The notes beneath the pieces were generated by a model. That model was not told the origin of the DNA, did not search any database, and worked only from the letters and a program-made list of their open reading frames with translations. From a virus, in IMG/VR virus record IMGVR_UViG_3300025889_000075, positions 64,001 through 128,000 of that record: a DNA stretch of 64,000 bases, one strand, 5' to 3'. Each line of letters begins with the position of its first letter. The first letter of the stretch is position 1. Both the position numbers and the translations under genes were made by a program. This document shows positions 58,984-64,000 of the stretch, piece by piece.

Positions 58984-59913
58984 ATGTATTCTCTAACGAT
59001 ATTCAAAAACACGTTTGATAATAAAACGCATCGCGGAATGGCATTTGAATCCTGGGAAGGGTTCGAATCGCTTTTGTGTAACTTATCTAAAAAGGAAGGT
59101 CAGAAAGGTGGAAACAATTCTTCTCCTCTTATTAGTCCTGCTTGTTATTTTTCCGGCACTACGCGTTCTAATAAAAATGTTGATTATTGGGGCGCTTGGG
59201 CTGCTATTGATGTTGATGATTATGGCGACGTTTGGCACGACATAACTGATCTTCAGGATATATGTGGCGAATATGAATTTGTTTGTTATTCTACAGCATC
59301 ATCTACGCCGATACAACCTAAGTTTCGATTGGTTTTTCCCTTAACAAGAACAGTCCCAGCGAAAGAGATACCGCATTTTTGGTTTGGTATAACGAAAGAA
59401 ACCAAAGAGATTGGAGATAAGCAAACAAAAGATCTATCAAGAATGTATTATGTTCCTGCGCAGTATCCAGATGCATTTAACTTTTACTTTCATAATGAAG
59501 GCAAGTTTATGGATCCCGCAGATATTATGAACAAGTGGGAATATACTGCACCAAGCAGCGGTAAAGGTTTCCTAGATAGATTACCCGAAGCAATTAGAGA
59601 AGAGGTTGTTAAGTATAGAAAAGAGCAAATGACTAATACATCAGTCAATTGGTCTTCTTATCGAGACTGCCCTTTCTTCCCAAAAAAACTAGGGCAAGAA
59701 TATATTGCTTTGAGTGGAACAGGATGGTATCATAAGATGTATCAGATTATGGTTGCCATTGCGGGAAACGCAGTTAAGTCTGAGTATCCCATAACAGCAA
59801 AACAGATCGCTGAACTCTGTAAAGAATTCGATCGCGATACTGGTAACTGGTACGAGAATCGTCCCTTTGAACTTGAAGCGGATAGTGCACTAGAATATGT
59901 GTATAGAAACTAG
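58984..59913 (+). CDS. Putative AEP-superfamily primase-polymerase-like protein
   Basis: AAIDVDD (DxD), YSTASS...KFRLVFPL, D...KD.SRMYYVP; helical C-terminal domain. Confidence 0.6.
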   Translation: MYSLTIFKNTFDNKTHRGMAFESWEGFESLLCNLSKKEGQKGGNNSSPLISPACYFSGTTRSNKNVDYWGAWAAIDVDDYGDVWHDITDLQDICGEYEFVCYSTASSTPIQPKFRLVFPLTRTVPAKEIPHFWFGITKETKEIGDKQTKDLSRMYYVPAQYPDAFNFYFHNEGKFMDPADIMNKWEYTAPSSGKGFLDRLPEAIREEVVKYRKEQMTNTSVNWSSYRDCPFFPKKLGQEYIALSGTGWYHKMYQIMVAIAGNAVKSEYPITAKQIAELCKEFDRDTGNWYENRPFELEADSALEYVYRN

Positions 59914-59924
59914 AGGAAAAAATT

Positions 59925-60815
59925 ATGAGTGAAGTAATTGATCTGAAAGCAGAGATGCTTGAAGAAGAGCAAGAAAAAAAATTACAACAGCAATCAAATG
60001 CTAAATTAAAAGTTTCTGTCCTTGGAGATAACTCCCTAGCAGTTGGAATAAAAACGTTGTTTTCTGGAAATAAAACTGAAGTTGTTTTGTTTGATGACAT
60101 TGATGCGTCAGTTTCATGGGGACCAAACTTGACGTTCGTTTGTTATTCAACTGAACTTCTTTCAAACGACACAATTGACGATAGTGAAATTATAACTGCT
60201 ATTCAAAAAACAATTAAGCAAACTGGTGGAGGCATTTGTTTAAAAACAGCTGTTTCTCCTGAAACCATTGGAAGAATTCAATCTTCTATTGATACTGAAT
60301 CTTTCGAAAAAAGATTTGCTTATAATCCAGAAATCTATGACGCAGAAGATATAGAATCGATAATTAATCCATCATTAATTATTGTTGGTGGTTATCCTCC
60401 TTCTGCTAGTGCTTTGATTGATGTGTATAGAAATTATAGTAATCTAATAATTGATTCTTCTTCAATTGAGATGTGTAATCCATATGAAGCAGCGTTTGCT
60501 AAACTAGCGATTAGTGGTTTTCTTGCTGTTAAACAGACATTTTTTAATCAACTCTACGAAGCAGCAATTGAAATTGATAACCTAAATTTCAATGCGGTTA
60601 GAAGAATATTTTCTGCTCGAGATTTGGTAAAAGAAAAAACGACTACTATTCCAACATTTATTCGAGTTAAAGATCAAAACAACTTGAACATTAAAATGGC
60701 AAAAAGTCATAAGGGAGAGTACTTAAATCGTGACGTGAAAATTTTCTCAGCGATGAGCGATAAAATTCCACTAATTGATGAATGCGTTAATTACAAAAAT
60801 CTTAAAGAGGATTAA
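59925..60815 (+). CDS. Degenerate UDP-glucose/GDP-mannose dehydrogenase-like protein
   Basis: KTAVSPET, YNPE, IIVGG, EAAFAKLAISGFLAVKQTFFNQL; lacks GxGxxG and the catalytic GGxC. Confidence 0.6.
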   Translation: MSEVIDLKAEMLEEEQEKKLQQQSNAKLKVSVLGDNSLAVGIKTLFSGNKTEVVLFDDIDASVSWGPNLTFVCYSTELLSNDTIDDSEIITAIQKTIKQTGGGICLKTAVSPETIGRIQSSIDTESFEKRFAYNPEIYDAEDIESIINPSLIIVGGYPPSASALIDVYRNYSNLIIDSSSIEMCNPYEAAFAKLAISGFLAVKQTFFNQLYEAAIEIDNLNFNAVRRIFSARDLVKEKTTTIPTFIRVKDQNNLNIKMAKSHKGEYLNRDVKIFSAMSDKIPLIDECVNYKNLKED

Positions 60816-60818
60816 TCT

Positions 60819-61847
60819 ATGTCTCTAATGAGCAAACTCAAAAAGAATAGCAAACTCAAACATACTGAGGTATTGTCTGATTCTGAGTTTTTTACCAGCA
60901 AAGAAATGGTTAAAACTGACGTTCCAATGTTGAACGTTGCTTTATCTGGTTCTTTTGACGGTGGTTTAGCACCAGGACTAACAGTTCTCGCTGGACCTTC
61001 TAAACATTTTAAAACGTCATTTGCTTTGAAGATTGCATCAGCATATCTGAAGGCAGACCCCGAAGCGGTAATGCTTTTTTATGATTCTGAATTTGGTTCA
61101 CCCCAATCTTATTTTGACACGTTTGAAATTGATACCGCCAGAGTTCTACATGTTCCAATCACAAATGTTGAAGAACTCAAATTCGATTTAATTTCGCAAT
61201 TAGATAATGTAGAGAAGGGTGAAAAAGTAATTGTTGTAATTGACTCTATTGGTAATCTAGCGTCTAAGAAAGAATTAGAGGATGCGCTCGACGAGAAATC
61301 AGTTGCTGACATGTCACGCGCCAAAGCATTAAAAGGTTTGTTCCGTATGACAACACCTTACCTAACAATGAAGAATGTTCCTCTCTTAGCAGTGAATCAT
61401 ACCTACAAAGAAATTGGTTTGTTCCCGAAAGATATCGTTGGCGGTGGTACTGGTATTTACTACAGCGCTGATAATATCTGGATCCTCGGTCGACGTCAAA
61501 ATAAAACAGGAACTGAAGTTGTTGGTTATGATTTTATTATTAACGTTGACAAATCAAGGTTTGTTAAAGAAAAGAGTAAGATTCCGATTAGCGTAACGTG
61601 GGATGGTGGCATAGATCAGTTTAGTGGTTTATTGGATGTTGCTCTTGCTTCTGGTCATGTAATTAAACCATCTAACGGATGGTATCAGAAAGTAAATGAA
61701 GAAAAGAAATATCGTGCTTCTGAACTTGATGGAGACTTCTGGAAAGGTATCTTGTCCAGCGTAACGTTTAAAGAAGAAGTTGAGCGTTTGTATAAAATTG
61801 GTAAGAAACCAACGTTAGAACTTGACTTGGAAGAAGTTAATGATTAA
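60819..61847 (+). CDS. uvsX: RecA-like recombinase UvsX
   Basis: AGPSKHFKT, FYDSEFG, IDSIGNLASKKE, GGGTGIYYSAD. Confidence 0.96.
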   Translation: MSLMSKLKKNSKLKHTEVLSDSEFFTSKEMVKTDVPMLNVALSGSFDGGLAPGLTVLAGPSKHFKTSFALKIASAYLKADPEAVMLFYDSEFGSPQSYFDTFEIDTARVLHVPITNVEELKFDLISQLDNVEKGEKVIVVIDSIGNLASKKELEDALDEKSVADMSRAKALKGLFRMTTPYLTMKNVPLLAVNHTYKEIGLFPKDIVGGGTGIYYSADNIWILGRRQNKTGTEVVGYDFIINVDKSRFVKEKSKIPISVTWDGGIDQFSGLLDVALASGHVIKPSNGWYQKVNEEKKYRASELDGDFWKGILSSVTFKEEVERLYKIGKKPTLELDLEEVND

Positions 61848-62160
61848 TGTTGACAAAGTATCAGAGGATATCGATTACGAATTAATTCCTGCGGTTGGGT
61901 CGAATAACGCCCAAGCGTGGGACATTCGTATATTAACAGGAGAGTTTACTGAAACAATTATTCGTTTCGGTAATGTTTCTTTTAATGGAAAAAACGATTG
62001 CCTTAATTTTAATTTTAAGGTAATATCAACTCCTGATCCTGATTTAAATGTTACTTATGTCCCGTTACAAGATCACGCTGCTCTTATCCTTGAAGATGTT
62101 ATGGCAAAGAGCATTGGTAACGGATCGATTGTCTTAAAAGATATGGAACAAAATGATTGA
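61840..62160 (+). CDS. Hypothetical protein (T4 gp40 position)
   Basis: Between uvsX and gp41, overlapping both. Confidence 0.6.
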   Translation: MINVDKVSEDIDYELIPAVGSNNAQAWDIRILTGEFTETIIRFGNVSFNGKNDCLNFNFKVISTPDPDLNVTYVPLQDHAALILEDVMAKSIGNGSIVLKDMEQND

Positions 62161-63529
62161 CCTTGAAAAAACTATACTTCGCAATCTTCTAACCAATGAA
62201 GAGTTTATGCGAAGAGTCTTACCTTTTATCAAAAAAGATTATTTCCAAGGAGTTTATAAAGAACTATTCACACAAGTCGTTAAGTATGTTTCAAGATATA
62301 ATAAACTTCCAACTCAGGAAGCGTTCAAGATTAATGTAGATAGTCTTGACACATTAACTGAAGAAACTTACAAACACGCAATTGATATTTTACCAGACAT
62401 CTTTACCTTTAAAGAAGAGGACGGTGACTGGTTACTTGACACTACAGAAAAGTGGTGTCAGGATCGTGCGCTTCATGGTGCAATTATGGAGTCTATCACG
62501 ATCCTTGACGGCAAGCATAACAAACTTACTAAGAATTCCTTGCCGGACCTTCTTCAAAATGCACTAGCAGTTTGCTTTGACACAAACATTGGTCATGATT
62601 ACCTTGAGAATGTGGAAGAGAGATATGACTTTTATCATGAACAGGAAGAACGTATTCCTTTTGACCTAGATTATTTCAACCGCATTACTAAAGGTGGGTT
62701 GCCGAACAAAACCCTTAACATTGCGCTCGCTGGAACTGGCGTTGGTAAGAGTTTGTTCATGTGTCACAGCGCTGCTAGTGCGCTCTCTCAAGGATACAAT
62801 GTATTATATATTACACTTGAAATGTCAGAAGAACGTATCGCTGAACGTATCGACGCTAACTTAATGAACGTCGCAATCGATCAGTTAGAAAATATGTCTA
62901 AGAGCATGTTTACTGATCGAGTGAAGCGAATCGCTGATAAAACTAAAGGTAAGTTGATCATTAAAGAGTATCCGACTGGTCAAGCACACGCGAATCATTT
63001 CCGTGCGCTATTCAACGAGCTGAAACTGAAACGCTCGTTCAAACCAGAGATTGTGTTCATAGATTACCTAAATATATGTGCGTCCTCGCGTATGAAAGGT
63101 ATGGGTGGCGCAATTAATTCCTACAGTTATATCAAGGCGATTGCTGAGGAAATACGTGGGTTGGCAGTAGAATTTGATGTTCCTATTATGTCTGCTACAC
63201 AGACAACTCGTAGTGGGTTCTCTAGTTCTGATCCTGGACTTGAAGATACATCTGAGTCATTTGGTCTGCCAGCAACTGCAGATTTAATGTTTGCTTTGAT
63301 CTCGAATGAGGAACTTTCCTCTTTGAACCAGATTATGGTTAAACAGTTGAAGAATCGTTATAATGACCCGAACGTGAATCTAAGATTCTGTATTGGGGTG
63401 GATCGTTCTAAGATGAGATTGTTTGATGTCGATCAAACTAAAGATAAATCGATTATTGAGCAAGAAGATAAACCTGTGTTTGATAATACAACTGCAGGTA
63501 AGAGACTTAGTAGCATTAAAGTTTCATAG
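62153..63529 (+). CDS. gp41: Replicative helicase gp41
   Basis: AGTGVGKS, YITLEM, IDYLNI, ATQTTR, SESFGLPATAD, KNRY. Confidence 0.96.
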   Translation: MIDLEKTILRNLLTNEEFMRRVLPFIKKDYFQGVYKELFTQVVKYVSRYNKLPTQEAFKINVDSLDTLTEETYKHAIDILPDIFTFKEEDGDWLLDTTEKWCQDRALHGAIMESITILDGKHNKLTKNSLPDLLQNALAVCFDTNIGHDYLENVEERYDFYHEQEERIPFDLDYFNRITKGGLPNKTLNIALAGTGVGKSLFMCHSAASALSQGYNVLYITLEMSEERIAERIDANLMNVAIDQLENMSKSMFTDRVKRIADKTKGKLIIKEYPTGQAHANHFRALFNELKLKRSFKPEIVFIDYLNICASSRMKGMGGAINSYSYIKAIAEEIRGLAVEFDVPIMSATQTTRSGFSSSDPGLEDTSESFGLPATADLMFALISNEELSSLNQIMVKQLKNRYNDPNVNLRFCIGVDRSKMRLFDVDQTKDKSIIEQEDKPVFDNTTAGKRLSSIKVS

Positions 63530-63538
63530 GAGAAACGT

Positions 63539-63802
63539 ATGGATCCATTATATCAAACGGTCTTAACACTTTTTTGTATGTTTGGTGCATATCTTTGGGG
63601 TAGGTCCCAAGGAGTTATGTCTGGTTGTACAATGACTTGGTTGGTTGTTATTGAGAGTTTTCGAGCGAAAGAATTGAATATTGATGAAGATACCCAAGAA
63701 ATATTCTTTACGGATAATTGGGGCAGAGTCAAAAGTTCTCTAACATTTTGGAATGAAGATGGAAATCGAGATAAAGAACCAGAAGTTCTTGAGCAGACTT
63801 AA
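63539..63802 (+). CDS. Hypothetical membrane-anchored protein
   Basis: AGGAG SD; hydrophobic N-terminus. Confidence 0.6.
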   Translation: MDPLYQTVLTLFCMFGAYLWGRSQGVMSGCTMTWLVVIESFRAKELNIDEDTQEIFFTDNWGRVKSSLTFWNEDGNRDKEPEVLEQT

Positions 63803-64000
63803 TGGTCTGATTGAAGAGTTTAATAGTATTAGAGGCGATTCTATACTACCTTCTATAAAATCTGTTGATTCTAATTTTGAATCATATCTTTCAAGAGAAA
63901 GACTTAATGAGTTAATGTCCGCTCCTCATCGCGGGGATCCAGTGGACTATCATGCCACACCCGTTGGTGATCTTAGATTAAAATATTCTGAATGGATTAA
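63759..64000 (+). CDS. Hypothetical protein, 3'-truncated by window edge
   Basis: Open frame MEIEIKNQKFLSRLNGLIEEF... running to the window end. Confidence 0.45.
   Translation, partial: MEIEIKNQKFLSRLNGLIEEFNSIRGDSILPSIKSVDSNFESYLSRERLNELMSAPHRGDPVDYHATPVGDLRLKYSEWI

Noticed and set aside
34229-63529. Introns, inteins or homing endonucleases in gp17, gp43, uvsX, gp41 or uvsW
   Set aside because: The ORFs are continuous and of normal or compact length; no intein termini or HNH/GIY-YIG/LAGLIDADG motifs seen.
1-64000. tRNA genes or stop-codon reassignment
   Set aside because: No cloverleaf or T-loop pattern was seen in the short intergenic gaps; core genes are intact in the standard code and all three stop codons are used.

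Overview
This is a 64-kb, AT-rich, essentially single-strand (+) segment of a T4-like myovirus genome resembling marine T4-like phages. A ROSE-type thermometer on an IbpA-like hsp20 hints at a proteobacterial host (inference). The left half (1-30.9 kb) is an accessory virion-surface region. It holds a partial fibre gene, a 2855-aa modular fibre saturated with Asp-Ser motifs, small fibre-associated genes, and a tandem array of 12 paralogous 'adaptor + Kelch-like beta-propeller' genes. One array member is adaptor-only and one is frameshifted by an exact 26-bp duplication; a 13th paralog sits after the major capsid gene. The array is followed by a sulfotransferase and a double-domain 2OG-Fe(II) oxygenase. 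The right half is the canonical T4 core: gp13-gp23, gp3, uvsY, uvsW, gp55, gp47/46, gp45/44/62, regA, hsp20, gp43, uvsX and gp41, interrupted by sugar-metabolism genes. The leading candidates for an undescribed system are (1) the diversified propeller repertoire with alternating adaptor classes and blade shuffling, and (2) a virion-wide Asp-Ser signature paired with phage-encoded modifying enzymes, which may be a virion post-translational modification system. All calls come from visual motif recognition and synteny; no database searches were run.
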